Assembly: GCA_963711835.1 (NCBI GenBank)
Contig: CAVQFQ010000005.1
Location: 32,001 to 96,000, forward strand
Reading direction: 5' to 3'
From: an uncultured delta proteobacterium
Lineage (GTDB): Bacteria > Desulfobacterota > RBG-13-43-22
DNA: 64,000 nucleotides
Shown here: positions 1-13,296 of the stretch, one piece after another
How positions within the stretch are numbered: position 1 is the first letter of the stretch
Layout: each line of letters starts with the position of its first letter
Position numbers and translations under genes: made by a program
The notes under the pieces: generated by a model
What the model was told of the DNA's origin: nothing
Database searches by the model: none
Seen by the model: the letters and a program-made list of their open reading frames with translations, nothing else

Positions 1-1504
1 GATGCGGGTGCGCGGCAGGCGGCGCGCCACCGCCATCAGGATAGCGGCGATGCCGCGCAACAGCGCAAACACCACGATCGAGGAAGCGACGAATACCGCC
101 GCGACCCGCTTGTCGTAGGCGAGCCCGATCGCCACCGCGACCAGCAACGCGATCACCGCGGCCATCAAGGCGAGATAGCGCCATCGCGGGCGGTGCCATT
201 CGCTGGTCACCGCTTCGCGGAACAATGCCGCGACCGGCACATCATGCACCCGGCCGAGCGGCCACAGTCCGAAGGCAAGCGCGGTCAATAAGCCATAGAC
301 CAATGACAGCAACAGCGCATCGGGATGCAGCGCCGGCACCACCGGCAACGGCAGCAGCTTGCCGAACACGCCGGCGACGATGAACGGCAGTGCCGCGCCG
401 GCGGCAAGCCCGATCACCGAGCCGACCACGGCGAGCACGATCACTTGCGTGAGATAGATGGTGAAGACGTCGCCGCCGGTGGCGCCCAGCGCCTTGAACG
501 CCGCGATCACGTCGCGGCGGCGATCGATGTGGCTTTTGACGGCGTTGGCGACGCCGACGCCACCGACCAGCAGCGCGGCAAGCCCGACCAGTGTGAGGAA
601 CTGGGTGAAGCGGCTGATGGTGCGTTCGAGCTGCGGCGAAGCATTGTCGCGGGAGCGGATTTCCCAGCCGGCCTGCGGCGCCGCATTTCTCGCATCGTTG
701 ACCAGCGCAGTTACCGCTCGATCATTGGCCGCGTGGTCCGGCAGCTTTACCCGATAGATCCAGTGCACCAGGCTGCCGGGTTGCAACAACCCGGTCGCGC
801 GCAAGCCGGCCTCGCTGACCAGGAACCGCGGGCCGAAGCCGACCCCGCCGGCGAGCTTGTCGGGCTCGGCGCTGACCACGCTGCGAATTTGAAAGCTCGC
901 ATTGCCGATGGTGACGCGGTCGCCGATCTTGAGATCGAGCCGCGCCAGCAGGGTTGAATTCAGCGGCCGCGCCGAACACGGCCCCGGTATCGTGTTGAGA
1001 GTTGCCTTGCGGCGAATTGCCTTGTCGAGAAGGGTCTTGTCGAGAAGGGTCTTGGCGAGAAGGGTCTTGGCGCTCGGCCAGCAGCTCGGTCGTCGGCATC
1101 GTCGGATCGAGCGTCAATGCGCCGAGCATGGGATAGGTGCTGTCCACCGCCTTGAGTTCGACCAAGGCGAGCCGGCCATCGCCGGTGCGGGCCATGGCGC
1201 GCAACGTCGCCGCTACCGATACCTCGCCGCGGGAACGTAGAAACGCAATTTCGTCAGGTTTGGCTTCACGCTGCATCAAGGAGAAGGCGGCGTCGCCGCC
1301 GAGCAGGGTGCGGCCCTCGCGCGCCAGTCCCTCGCTGAGACTGGCCGCGACCGAGCCGACACCGGCGATCGCCATCACGCCGAGGGCGATGCAGGCAATG
1401 AAAACGTAGAAGCCGCGCAGACCCCCGCGCAATTCGCGCAAGGCAAAGCGCAGCGCAAGCCATGCCGCGCGTTTGCCAGGGATCGGTTCGGCGATGAGGG
1501 TCAT
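1..1504 (-). CDS. ABC transporter permease (YbbP/FtsX-like); frameshift near 958; runs off the window start
   Basis: N-terminus ALRELRGGLRGFYVFIACIALGVMAIAGVGSV...LLGGDA; permease frame resumes left of ~958 (STLLARLDLKI); start overlaps the stop of the ABC ATPase. Confidence 0.85.
999..1073. repeat. Five degenerate 15-bp tandem units inside the permease (RQDPS x3, RQGNS/PQGNS)
   Basis: gagttgccttgcggc / gaattgccttgtcga / gaagggtcttgtcga / gaagggtcttggcga / gaagggtcttggcgc. Confidence 0.9.
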
Positions 1505-2235
1505 GGCGCGGTGATGCGATCCGCCGACTGGCCATCGATCCGGCCTGAGCGCAGCCGCACCACCCGATCGCAGCGTTGCGCCAGCGAGGTGTCGTGGGTC
1601 ACCAGCACCAGCGTCATGCCGCGCTCGGTGTGTTTGGTGAACAAGAGATCGACGATCTGCTTGCCGGTGGCTTCGTCGAGATTTCCGGTGGGCTCATCCG
1701 CCACCAGGATGGCGGGATCGGGCGCCAGCGCGCGGGCAAGGGCCACGCGCTGCTGCTCTCCGCCGGACAATTGCGTGGGGTAGTGATGCAGGCGGTCGCC
1801 GAGGCCGACCGATGTCAATTCCTGCGCCGCGCGCCGCGAGGCATCGGGATTGCCCGCCAGTTCCAGCGGCACCGCGACATTTTCCAGCGCTGTCATGGTC
1901 GGGATCAGGTGGAACGACTGGAACACGATGCCGACCTGGCGGCCGCGGAAGCGCGCCAGCGCGTCCTCGTCGAGGGCATTGAAAGGGGTACCGTTGACCA
2001 CCACTTCTCCGCTGTCGGGACGTTCCAGTCCCGCCATCACCATCAGCAAGGTGGATTTGCCCGAGCCTGACGGTCCGATCAGGCCGATCGCTTCCCCCGA
2101 CGCCACGCGCAGGCTGATATCCTTGAGGATGTGAACGCGGGCGGCGCCCGCGCCGAGCGAGAGATTGACGTTCGAGATGGCGATGCTGTCCGGCTCGAGG
2201 CCGGCGAATGACGAGGGTTCGATGAGACTGTCCAT
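1501..2235 (-). CDS. ABC transporter ATP-binding protein (YbbA-like)
   Basis: Walker A GPSGSGKS, signature LSGGEQQR, Walker B ILVADE; probable start MDSLIEP. Confidence 0.92.
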   Translation of the reverse strand: MDSLIEPSSFAGLEPDSIAISNVNLSLGAGAARVHILKDISLRVASGEAIGLIGPSGSGKSTLLMVMAGLERPDSGEVVVNGTPFNALDEDALARFRGRQVGIVFQSFHLIPTMTALENVAVPLELAGNPDASRRAAQELTSVGLGDRLHHYPTQLSGGEQQRVALARALAPDPAILVADEPTGNLDEATGKQIVDLLFTKHTERGMTLVLVTHDTSLAQRCDRVVRLRSGRIDGQSADRITAP

Positions 2236-2959
2236 GGCTCGGTCATATGGCACTTCCGCCGCCCCGGTCGAGGGGCAGCGGCGGATGTTCGTGCACATGC
2301 TCGTGTTGGGCCTGCTGTTTTTGGGCCTCGCCGGGGAACTGGCGATCGCGCCATCGGCCGGCGCGCAAACGCCCGAGGGCCACGGCGCGAAGCCGATCAA
2401 GCTGGTCATGCTGGGCGATTCGCTAACCGCGGGCTATGGCCTGCCGGGACCCGCAGCCTTCCCGGCGCAGCTCCAAAAAGCGTTGAAATCCAATGGGATA
2501 GATGTAGACATGATCAACGCCGGGGTCTCCGGCGATACCAGTTCCGGTGGCCGTGACCGGCTCGACTGGTCGGTGCCCGAAGGGACTGAGGCTGTCATCG
2601 TCGAGCTTGGCGCCAACGATGCGTTGCGCGGCATCGATCCCAAGATCACCCGCGAAGCGCTTTCGGACATCCTGACCCGGCTGAAGGCGCGCAAGATCGC
2701 GGTCCTGCTGTGCGGAATGCTCGCGCCACCGAATTACGGCAGCGATTATGCCGCCCGCTTCAACACTATCTATCCGGATCTTTCGAAATCGTTCGGGGTG
2801 CCGCTGTATCCGTTTTTCCTTGAGGGCGTCGCAAGCGATGCCAAGCTCAACCAGACGGACGGCTTGCACCCGACGGAGGAGGGAGTTGATGTGATCGTTA
2901 AAAACATCTTGCCCACGGTGCAGGCATTTCTTGGCGCGTTACCCGGGCAACGGAGTTGA
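2234..2959 (+). CDS. tesA: Arylesterase / acyl-CoA thioesterase I (GDSL/SGNH)
   Basis: GDSL motif (LGDSLTAG), ELGAND, DGLHP; divergent from the ybbA-like ATPase. Confidence 0.88.
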   Translation: MARSYGTSAAPVEGQRRMFVHMLVLGLLFLGLAGELAIAPSAGAQTPEGHGAKPIKLVMLGDSLTAGYGLPGPAAFPAQLQKALKSNGIDVDMINAGVSGDTSSGGRDRLDWSVPEGTEAVIVELGANDALRGIDPKITREALSDILTRLKARKIAVLLCGMLAPPNYGSDYAARFNTIYPDLSKSFGVPLYPFFLEGVASDAKLNQTDGLHPTEEGVDVIVKNILPTVQAFLGALPGQRS

Positions 2960-3136
2960 AAAAAGGGCAGCGATGACCCTGACACGGTGTTTTCCCGGCG
3001 CTGTCGTCGTTCGAAGGTCGCGGATGCTTCGCAGAGTCACATAAGTACGGTAGAAATCAGCATCGGTGATTCGTTGCCGGGTTTGTTACAGGGCAAGATC
3101 TTTCCGGGATCATGCCTCAGCATCGGGAGTCTTGCG

Positions 3137-3673
3137 ATGCCGCGTTTGTTTACTGGACTGGAAATTCCGGCCGAAATCGGCCAGACGCTTTCCAATATGC
3201 GTGGCGGCCTGCCGGGCGCGCGCTGGATCGACCCCGAAAATTATCATGTCACCTTGCGCTTCATCGGCGATATCGATGGCGTCGCGGCGAACGAGATCGC
3301 CTCGCTGCTGGTTCGGGTCAATCGCAAGCCGTTCGAGGTAGCGCTGCAGGGCCTGTCGAGCTTCGGCGGAAAAAAGCCGCGCGCGGTGGTGGCCCAGGTG
3401 GTGCCGAGCCGGCCGCTGATCGAATTGCAGGCCGAACTCGAACGCCTGATGCAGCGCATCGGGCTTGACCCGGAGGGGCGGAAATTCACCCCGCATGTGA
3501 CGCTGGCGCGGCTGCGCGACGCCTCCAATCAGGATGTCGCCGACTACCTGTCGGTGCGCGGCTATTTTCCGACCCGGGTGTTCACGGCCTCGCGGTTCGT
3601 GCTGTTCTCGTCCCGGGCCTCCACCGGCGGCGGGCCCTATGTGGTCGAGGATTCCTACGCGCTGAGCGCGTGA
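3137..3673 (+). CDS. thpR: RNA 2',3'-cyclic phosphodiesterase (2H family)
   Basis: Two HxT motifs (YHVTLRF, PHVTLAR); start MPRLFTGLEIP. Confidence 0.9.
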   Translation: MPRLFTGLEIPAEIGQTLSNMRGGLPGARWIDPENYHVTLRFIGDIDGVAANEIASLLVRVNRKPFEVALQGLSSFGGKKPRAVVAQVVPSRPLIELQAELERLMQRIGLDPEGRKFTPHVTLARLRDASNQDVADYLSVRGYFPTRVFTASRFVLFSSRASTGGGPYVVEDSYALSA

Positions 3674-3839
3674 GCGGTGCACTGCTGATCCGGGACCATG
3701 ACAACGTGGTTTTCCTTGGATACGGCTCTGCGGCACCGTGAAGGACGTTGCACCGCGTCTGGGACATCGCAAAGCGCATAGCCCCCTGCACCAATTCGCG
3801 GCTTGCAATTTTCGCGGCAGTAGGGCCGTAAGGTGGGTC

Positions 3840-5024
3840 ATGCTGTCGACCCCGCCCGCCTCGTTCCACGCCCATTACCAGGCCCTCGTCTCCTCTGGCG
3901 CGATTGAGCCCGATTCCGCGCAGGCACGCGCCGTGGAGGCCTTTGCCGCGCTTGAGCAGCGGCTCGCAAGCTACAAGCCGGTGCGCAAGCAGGGCCTGTT
4001 CGGCCGGCTGTTTGCCGACAAGGATGAGGTACCGCCACGTGGTCTCTATATTCATGGCGAGGTTGGGCGCGGCAAGACCATGCTGATGGACGTGTTTTTT
4101 CAGCAGAGTCCAGTCGAGCACAAACGCCGCGCGCATTTCCACGAATTCATGGCCGAGGTGCACGAACGGATCCATGGCTTTCGTCAGGATATCGCGCGCG
4201 GCGAGATCGCCGATGGCGATGTGATCGCGCTCACCGCCACGTCGATTTTCGACCAGGCCTGGCTTTTATGTTTTGACGAATTTCATGTCACCGACATCGC
4301 GGACGCGATGATCCTCGGACGGCTGTTCGCCAAGCTGTTCGAACTCGGCACCGTGGTGGTGGCAACATCCAACGTAGCACCCGACGATCTCTACAAGGGA
4401 GGTCTGAACCGGGCGCTGTTCTTGCCGTTCATCGCGCAGATCTCCGATCACATGGATGTGCTGCGGCTCGATGCGCGCACCGATTTCCGGCTGGAGAAGC
4501 TGGCGGGCGTGAAAATGTGGCTGGTGCCGGCGGATGCGGCTGCCGCTGCCGCGCTCGACAAAGCGTGGTTCAAGATGACCGGCAATGCGCTGTGCAAGCC
4601 GCGCGACATCCCGATCAAGGGCCGCGTTCTGCACGTGCCGTGCTCGGCGCGTGGCGTGGCGCGATTTTCGTTCGCCGATATTTGTGAGAAGCCGCTCGCC
4701 GCATCGGATTACCTGCGGCTCGCGCATGACTATCACACCATTCTGATCGATCGCATTCCGGTCATGGATTATCCCGAGCGCAACGCCGCCAAGCGGTTCA
4801 TCGCCCTGATCGACACGCTGTATGACAATGCCGTGAAACTGATGGCGTCGGCGGAGACCGATCCGGTGTCGCTGTATCGTGCGACCGAGGGCTATGAGGC
4901 CAACGAGTTCAAGCGCACGTCGTCGCGGCTGATCGAGATGAGTTCGGAATCCTACCTGGCGCTACCCCACGGCCGCAAGGATTCCGCGGCGAGCGGCTCC
5001 AGCACGGGGTTGGTGGAGACCTGA
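3840..5024 (+). CDS. zapE: Cell division ATPase ZapE (AFG1 family)
   Basis: GLYIHGEVGRGKTMLMD, LCFDEFHVTDIADAMIL. Confidence 0.92.
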   Translation: MLSTPPASFHAHYQALVSSGAIEPDSAQARAVEAFAALEQRLASYKPVRKQGLFGRLFADKDEVPPRGLYIHGEVGRGKTMLMDVFFQQSPVEHKRRAHFHEFMAEVHERIHGFRQDIARGEIADGDVIALTATSIFDQAWLLCFDEFHVTDIADAMILGRLFAKLFELGTVVVATSNVAPDDLYKGGLNRALFLPFIAQISDHMDVLRLDARTDFRLEKLAGVKMWLVPADAAAAAALDKAWFKMTGNALCKPRDIPIKGRVLHVPCSARGVARFSFADICEKPLAASDYLRLAHDYHTILIDRIPVMDYPERNAAKRFIALIDTLYDNAVKLMASAETDPVSLYRATEGYEANEFKRTSSRLIEMSSESYLALPHGRKDSAASGSSTGLVET

Positions 5025-5076
5025 CGGCCTGATCGAAATCGAGGCAGTGCCGACAATTGGGCACGGCCCGACTTGA

Positions 5077-6126
<1,050 letters not shown>

Positions 6127-6173
6127 TCGCATCCGATCCGCATTGATCGTTTAGGGTTTCCGGGGGCCGTCCA

Positions 6174-7370
6174 ATGAATATCCATGAATACCAGGCCAAG
6201 GCGCTGCTGCACGAATTCGGCGTGCCGATTTCGAAGGGTGTGCCGGTGCTCCGGGCCGCCGATTCCGACGCGGCCGCGAAAACGCTTGGCGGCCCGATCT
6301 GGGTGGTGAAGAGCCAGATCCACGCTGGCGGCCGCGGCAAGGGCAAGTTCAAGGAAGCCTCGGCCGGTGACAAGGGCGGCGTCCGCATCGCCAAATCGGT
6401 CGCCGAGGTCAATGAATTCGCCAAGCAGATGCTCGGCGCGACCTTGGTCACGGTGCAGACCGGCCCGCACGGCAAGCAGGTCAACCGGCTCTACATCGAG
6501 GAAGGCTCCGACATCGACAAGGAGTTCTATCTCTCGATCCTGGTCAACCGCGAAACCTCCGAAGTGTCGTTCGTGGTCTCCACCGAAGGCGGCGTCAACA
6601 TCGAGGACGTCGCGCATCATACACCGGAAAAGATCGTGACGTTCTCGGTCGATCCGGCCACCGGCATCATGGCGCATCACGGCCGCACCGTCGCCAAGGC
6701 GTTGAACCTGACCGGCGACCTCGCCAAGCAGGCGGAAAAACTGGTGGCGCAGCTCTATGCCGCTTTCGTCGCCAAGGACATGGCTATGCTGGAAATCAAT
6801 CCGCTGGTTGTCACCAAGCAGGGCGACCTGCGGGTGCTCGACGCCAAGGTGACGTTTGACGGCAACGCGCTCTATCGGCATCCCGACGTGGTGGCGCTGC
6901 GCGACGTGACCGAGGAAGACGCCAAGGAAATCGAAGCCTCCAAATACGACCTCAACTACGTCACCCTCGACGGTAATATCGGGTGCATGGTCAACGGCGC
7001 CGGCCTTGCGATGGCGACGATGGACATCATCAAGCTCTACGGTATGGCGCCGGCGAATTTCCTCGACGTCGGCGGCGGCGCCGACAAGACCAAGGTCACC
7101 GCCGCATTCAAGATCATCACCGCCGATCCCAACGTGAAGGGCATTCTGGTCAATATCTTCGGCGGCATCATGAAATGCGACATCATCGCCGAGGGCGTGG
7201 TCGCCGCGGTGAAGGAAGCCGGATTGAAGGTGCCGCTGGTGGTGCGTCTGGAAGGCACCAATGTCGATGCCGGCAAGAAGATCATCCGGGAAAGTGGCCT
7301 CAACGTGCTGCCGGCGGACGATCTCGACGATGCCGCGCAGAAAATCGTCAAGGCCGTGAAGGGAGGCTAA
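6174..7370 (+). CDS. sucC: Succinyl-CoA synthetase beta subunit
   Basis: [34 protein letters not shown]. Confidence 0.97.
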   Translation: MNIHEYQAKALLHEFGVPISKGVPVLRAADSDAAAKTLGGPIWVVKSQIHAGGRGKGKFKEASAGDKGGVRIAKSVAEVNEFAKQMLGATLVTVQTGPHGKQVNRLYIEEGSDIDKEFYLSILVNRETSEVSFVVSTEGGVNIEDVAHHTPEKIVTFSVDPATGIMAHHGRTVAKALNLTGDLAKQAEKLVAQLYAAFVAKDMAMLEINPLVVTKQGDLRVLDAKVTFDGNALYRHPDVVALRDVTEEDAKEIEASKYDLNYVTLDGNIGCMVNGAGLAMATMDIIKLYGMAPANFLDVGGGADKTKVTAAFKIITADPNVKGILVNIFGGIMKCDIIAEGVVAAVKEAGLKVPLVVRLEGTNVDAGKKIIRESGLNVLPADDLDDAAQKIVKAVKGG

Positions 7371-7374
7371 GCCG

Positions 7375-7854
7375 ATGGCCGAGGACCACCTCGCCGCACC
7401 GACGCCACTGGAAGAGCATCGCAAGCTTGCCGTGTTCGCGGGCGAGTGGAGCGGCGAAGAGATGGTCTATCCGTCGCGCTGGACCGCGGGAGGACCGGCC
7501 ACTTCGCATGTCACGGCCCGGATCGATCTCAACGGTTTTTATCTGATTCAGGACACCCGCCAGATTCGCGACGGCAGGGAAACCTTCGCCACCCACGGCG
7601 TGTTCACCTATGACCGCGAGGATCGGCTTTACAAATTGTTCTGGCACGATTCGCTGGGCTATTACCCGCCGTCGCCGGCCTCGGGCGGCTGGAGCGGCAA
7701 GAGCTTGATCCTGGTGCGCGGTTCGCTGCGCGGCAATGCGCGCCATGTCTATGAAGTCATCGACGACAAATCCTACACCATGAAAATCCAGTTTTCGCCC
7801 GACGCCGAAGGGTGGACCGACGTGCTCACCGGCGTTTACCGGCGAATCAACTGA
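7375..7854 (+). CDS. DUF1579-like protein
   Basis: [17 protein letters not shown] beta-barrel pattern; in operon between sucC and sucD. Confidence 0.7.
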   Translation: MAEDHLAAPTPLEEHRKLAVFAGEWSGEEMVYPSRWTAGGPATSHVTARIDLNGFYLIQDTRQIRDGRETFATHGVFTYDREDRLYKLFWHDSLGYYPPSPASGGWSGKSLILVRGSLRGNARHVYEVIDDKSYTMKIQFSPDAEGWTDVLTGVYRRIN

Positions 7855-7890
7855 ACCCTGACCGCATCCCCCGCGAAAGCAATCTCAACC

Positions 7891-8775
7891 ATGTCCATCC
7901 TGATCGACAAAAATACCAAAGTCATTTGCCAGGGTTTTACGGGCAAGAACGGCACCTTTCATTCCGAGGCGGCGATCGCGTATGGCACCAAGATGGTCGG
8001 CGGCGTGTCGCCGGGTAAAGGCGGCGCGACGCATCTCGGTCTGCCGGTGTTCGACACCGTCGCTGAGGCGCGCGAAAAAACCGGTGCCGATGCATCGGTG
8101 ATCTATGTGCCGCCGCCCGGTGCTGCGGATGCGATCTGTGAAGCCATCGATGCCGAGATTCCGCTGATCGTCTGCATTACCGAGGGTATCCCGGTGCTCG
8201 ACATGGTGCGGGTGAAGCGCTCGCTCTCCGGATCGAAATCGCGGCTGATCGGCCCGAACTGCCCGGGCGTGATGACCGCGGGCGAATGCAAGATCGGCAT
8301 CATGCCGGCCAATATCTTCAAGCCCGGCAATGTCGGCATCGTTTCGCGCTCGGGCACGCTGACTTATGAAGCGGTGTTCCAGACCACCCAGGAAGGCCTC
8401 GGCCAGACCACCGCGGTCGGGATCGGCGGCGATCCGGTCAAGGGCACCGAATTCATCGCGGTGCTGGAAATGTTCCTGGCCGATCCCAAGACCGTCTCGA
8501 TCGTGATGATCGGCGAGATCGGCGGTTCGGCCGAGGAGGACGCCGCGCAGTTCCTCAAGGACGAAGCCAAGCGCGGCCGCAAGAAGCCGGTGGTCGGCTT
8601 TATCGCCGGGGTCACAGCGCCTCCCGGGCGCCGCATGGGCCACGCCGGCGCGATCATCTCCGGCGGCAAAGGCGACGCCGGTTCCAAGACCGCGGCGATG
8701 GAATCGGCCGGAATTACGGTCTCGCCATCGCCCGCGCGGCTCGGGCACACGCTTGTCGAAAAATTGAAGTCTTAA
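7891..8775 (+). CDS. sucD: Succinyl-CoA synthetase alpha subunit
   Basis: [22 protein letters not shown] phospho-His motif. Confidence 0.97.
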   Translation: MSILIDKNTKVICQGFTGKNGTFHSEAAIAYGTKMVGGVSPGKGGATHLGLPVFDTVAEAREKTGADASVIYVPPPGAADAICEAIDAEIPLIVCITEGIPVLDMVRVKRSLSGSKSRLIGPNCPGVMTAGECKIGIMPANIFKPGNVGIVSRSGTLTYEAVFQTTQEGLGQTTAVGIGGDPVKGTEFIAVLEMFLADPKTVSIVMIGEIGGSAEEDAAQFLKDEAKRGRKKPVVGFIAGVTAPPGRRMGHAGAIISGGKGDAGSKTAAMESAGITVSPSPARLGHTLVEKLKS

Positions 8776-8908
8776 TTCAATTCTTGGTCCTTTTCAGCGC
8801 GAACATTCGCGTTATATAGATTAAAAGGTCGCTATCACGCTGATCCGGTGCCTGGATCGGCTGTTGCGCCGTCTTCCATGCGCGAACCGAAATCACCAGG
8901 ACGCAATC

Positions 8909-11884
8909 ATGTCTCGCCAAGACGCGAATGCCGCATTTGCTCTCTCCTCGTTCCTCCAGGGAACCAACGCCCCCTACATTGACGACATCTACGCCCGCTA
9001 CGAGAAGGACCCCGCCTCGGTCGATGCCGAGTGGCAGGAGTTTTTCAAGAGCCTGAAGGACAAGCCGGCCGACGTCCTGAAAAACGCCGAAGGACCGTCC
9101 TGGGGCCGGGACAACTGGCCGCTGACGCCGCGCGACGATCTGACCTCCGCGCTCGACGGCAACTGGGCCGAAGTCGAAAAAATCATCGGCGGCAAGCTCG
9201 CGGCCAAGGCCCAGGCCAGCGCTCCGACCAAGGGCGCCGTGGCGGTGACGGCCGACGTCCATCAGGCGACGCGCGACTCGGTGCGCGCCCTGATGCTGAT
9301 CAGGGCCTACCGCATGCGCGGCCATTTCCACGCCAAGCTCGACCCGCTCGGGATCGAGCCGCCGCGCGATCGTGAGGAACTCGATCCGCGCTCCTACGGC
9401 TTTGCGGAGGGCGATTTCGACCGCAAGATCTTCCTCGATCACGTGCTCGGCCTGGAATACGCCAGCCTGCGCGAGATCGTCGCGATCTGCGAACGCACCT
9501 ACTGCCAGACGCTCGGCGTCGAGTTCATGCACATCACCAACGCGGCGCAAAAGGCCTGGATTCAGGAGCGCATCGAGGGTCCGGACAAGGAAATCAGTTT
9601 CACCCGCGAGGGCCGCCGCGCCATCCTGATGAAGCTGGTCGAGGCTGAAGGCTTCGAGAAATTCTGCGATCTCAAATTCACCGGCACCAAGCGCTTTGGT
9701 CTGGACGGCGCAGAATCGCTGATCCCGGCGCTGGAACAGATCATCAAGCGCGGCGGCAATCTCGGCGTAAAGGAAATCGTGGTCGGCATGCCGCATCGCG
9801 GCCGCCTCAACGTGCTGACGCAGGTGATGGGCAAGCCGCACCGCGCGCTGTTTCATGAATTCAAGGGCGGCTCCGCCAACCCCGACGCCGTCGAGGGCTC
9901 CGGCGACGTCAAATATCACCTCGGGGCATCGTCGGACCGCGAGTTCGACAACAACCGGATCCACCTGTCGCTGACCGCCAATCCGTCGCATCTGGAGATC
10001 GTCGATCCCGTGGTGCTCGGCAAGGTGCGCGCCAAGCAGGATCAGCATGGCGATCCGCCGGACCAGCGTATTTCGGTGTTGCCGCTGTTGATGCACGGGG
10101 ATGCGGCGTTCGCCGGGCAGGGCGTGGTGGCGGAATGCTTCGGCCTGTCCGACCTGAAAGGCTACCGCACCGGCGGCTCGCTGCATTTCATCGTCAACAA
10201 CCAGATCGGGTTTACGACCTATCCGCGCTATTCGCGCTCCTCGCCCTATCCGTCCGATGTGGCGAAGATGATCGACGCGCCGATCTTCCATGTGAACGGC
10301 GACGATCCGGAAGCGGTGGTGTTCGCGGCCAAGGTCGCGATCGAGTTCCGGCAGAAATTCCACAAGCCGGTTGTGATCGATATGTTCTGCTATCGCAGGC
10401 ACGGTCACAACGAAGGCGACGAGCCGATGTTCACCCAGCCGGTGATGTACAAGAAGATCGCGACGCATCCGACCACGCTCGAGATCTATTCCAGGCGCCT
10501 GATCGCCGAAGGCGTGATGACCGAGGGCGAGGTCGAGAAGGCCAAGGCCGACTGGCGCGCCCGGCTCGATGCCGAGCTTGAGGCCGGCTCCGGCTACAAG
10601 CCCAACAAGGCCGACTGGCTCGACGGCAAGTGGGCCGGGTTCAAGTCGGCGGATCAGGAGGAGGATCCGCGCCGCGGCGTTACCGGCGTCGACGTCGCCG
10701 AATTGAAGGCTATCGGCCGCAAGATCACCAAGGTGCCCGATGGGTTCAGGGTTCACCGCACCGTGCAGCGGTTTCTGGAAAACCGGGCCAAGGCGATCGA
10801 TACCGGGGTCGGGCTCGATTGGGCCACCGGCGAGGCGCTGGCGTTCTGCACCCTGCTGGAGGAAGGCCATCACGTCCGGCTGTCCTGGCCAGGACAGCGA
10901 GCGCGGCACCTTCTCGCAACGGCACTCGGTGCTGATCGACCAGGAAGACGAGAACCGCTACACGCCGTTCAATCATCTCGGCGGTGATCAGGGGCATTAC
11001 GAGGTCATCAACTCGCTGCTCTCGGAAGAAGCGGTGCTCGGCTTCGAATACGGCGTATTCGCTGGCGGAGCCGAAGGCGCTGACGATCTGGGAAGCGCAG
11101 TTCGGCGACTTCGCCAACGGTGCGCAGGTGCTGTTCGACCAGTTCATCTCGTCGGGCGAGCGCAAATGGCTGCGGATGTCGGGCCTCGATGTCTGCATGC
11201 TGCCGGCATGGCTATGAAGGCCAGGGACCGGAGCATTCTTCCGCAAGGCTCGAACGCTTCCTGCAGATGTGCGCCGAAGACAATATGCAGGTGGTCTATG
11301 CCACTACGCCGGCGAATTTCTTCCACGTGCTGCGGCGTCAATTGCATCGCGAGATCCGCAAGCCCTTGATCCTGATGACGCCGAAGTCGCTGCTGCGGCA
11401 CAAGCGCGCGGTGTCGCGGCTCGATGAAATGGGCGCCAACACCACCTTCCATCGGCTGCTCTACGATGACGCGGCGATGCAGCCCGACGAAAAGATCAAG
11501 CTCGTGAGCGACGACAAGATCCGCCGCGTCGTGCTGTGTTCGGGCAAGGTCTATTACGACATCTACGACGAGCGCGAAAAGCGCGGCATCGACGATGTCT
11601 ACATCATGCGGGTCGAGCAGCTTTATCCGGTGCCGTTGAAGGCGCTGGTGCAGGAACTCGGACGCTTCAAGAATGCCGAACTGGTCTGGTGCCAGGAAGA
11701 GCCGCGCAACATGGGCGCGTGGCACTTCATCGAGCCCTATCTCGAATGGGTGCTGAACCAGATCAACGCGCCGAACAAGCGTCCGCGCTACGCCGGACGC
11801 GCCGCGGCCGCGGCGACGGCCACCGGTTTGATGACCAAGCATCTGGCGCAGCTCAAGGCTTTGCTGGACGAGGCCCTGAACTAG
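8909..11884 (+). CDS. sucA: 2-oxoglutarate dehydrogenase E1; frameshifts at about 10885, 11055 and 11190-11215, probably sequencing errors
   Basis: [28 protein letters not shown], then [26 protein letters not shown] and [12 protein letters not shown] in successive frames. Confidence 0.93.
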
Positions 11885-11887
11885 TTA

Positions 11888-11981
11888 CGTCATCCTGAGG
11901 CGGTCGCGTGAGCGACCCTCGAAGGATGGCGGCTGCGTCCTTCGAGGCTCGCCGCGCCGCGGCTCGCACCTCAGGACGACG
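11888..11981. repeat. Rhizobiales-type palindromic intergenic repeat
   Basis: Ends cgtcatcctgagg ... cctcaggacgacg with internal hairpins (ctcgaagga/tccttcgag). Confidence 0.75.
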
Positions 11982-12008
11982 CTGAAAGATTGTGAGAGGA
12001 AACAGACC

Positions 12009-13128
12009 ATGACTGAAATTCGCGTTCCGACGCTCGGCGAGTCCGTGACCGAGGCCACTATCGGCCGCTGGTTCAAGAAGGCCGGCGACGCCGTCGCGGT
12101 CGATGAACCGCTGGTCGAACTGGAGACCGACAAGGTCACCATCGAAGTGCCGGCGCCATCGGCGGGCACTCTCGGCGAGATCGCCGCCAAGGATGGCGAA
12201 ACCGTTGCCGTCGGCGCGTTGCTCGGACAGATCAATGACGGTGCGGCAGCCGCCGCCAAGCCGGCCGCTGCGCCTGCCAAGGCCGCCGCCCCGCCATCGC
12301 CCGCGACCGCAGCACCTGCTGCCGCCGCTGCGGTTCAGAAAGCGCCGCCGGCTGACGCGCCGCTGGCGCCTTCGGTGCGCAAGATATCGGCTGAAAGCGG
12401 GATCGATGCCGCCACGGTCCCCGGCTCGGGCAAGGATGGCCGCGTCACCAAGGGCGACATGCTCGCCGCGATCGAGAAGGCGGCATCGGCGCCGACGCCG
12501 GTCAATCAGCCCGCGGCCGCGGTCCAGGTCCGCGCACCGTCGCCCGCCGATGATGCCGCGCGCGAAGAGCGCGTGAAGATGACGCGGCTGCGCCAGACCA
12601 TCGCGCGCCGCCTGAAGGACGTGCAGAACACCGCGGCGATGCTGACCACCTTCAACGAGGTCGACATGAGCCACATCATGGCGATGCGCGCCCAGTACAA
12701 GGAAGTGTTCGAGAAGAAGCACGGCAGCAAACTGGGATTTATGGGCTTCTTCACCAAGGCCTGCGTGCAGGCGCTGAAGGATATTCCGGCGGCCAATGCC
12801 GAGATCGACGGCACTGATCTGATCTACAAGAATTATTATCACATCGGCGTCGCGGTCGGCACCGACAAGGGTCTGGTGGTGCCGGTAGTGCGCGATTGCG
12901 ACCGCAAGTCGATCGCCGAGATCGAAAAGAGCATCGCCGATTTCGGACGACGCGCCCGCGATGGCCAGCTCAAGATCGACGAGATGCAGGGCGGCACCTT
13001 CACCATCACCAATGGCGGCATCTACGGCTCGTTGATGTCGACGCCGATCCTGAATGCGCCGCAATCCGCCATTCTCGGCATGCACAAGATCCAGGACCGC
13101 CCGGTGGCGATCGGCGGCAAGGTCGTGG
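12009..13128 (+). CDS. sucB: Dihydrolipoamide succinyltransferase E2; 3' end lost at a sequence junction
   Basis: Lipoyl domain ETDKV, E3-binding [12 protein letters not shown]; similarity stops after PVAIGGKV, before the expected LSYDHR catalytic motif. Confidence 0.93.
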
Positions 13129-13296
13129 CGGCGAATCTGTCCTCCACGACGATCCCGACCGTGAGGTCCGGCCGGGCGCCCTTCAGGATTTCGATGGCCG
13201 GCGTGGTGGGACGCAATCACCCATCGATCGCAGCCGGACCACGGCGAGGCGGGCGCCGTGAGGAATTCGATCCAGAACTGGCGAAGTGCCCCTCAT
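13126..13296 (-). CDS. N-terminal fragment of a glycosyltransferase family 9 protein (frameshifted, cut by junction)
   Basis: [14 protein letters not shown] / [26 protein letters not shown]; start overlaps the waaF stop. Confidence 0.65.

Noticed and set aside
8777-10909. Long antisense ORFs (710 aa here; also 5931-7424 and 11853-13220)
   Set aside because: They are shadow frames of GC-rich genes and carry no recognisable motifs
10880-11220. Frameshifts in sucA (also the M16 protease, NamZ, VWA protein and tag) as programmed recoding or true pseudogenes
   Set aside because: Scattered single-base indels in many unrelated genes, including core ones, point to sequencing or consensus error
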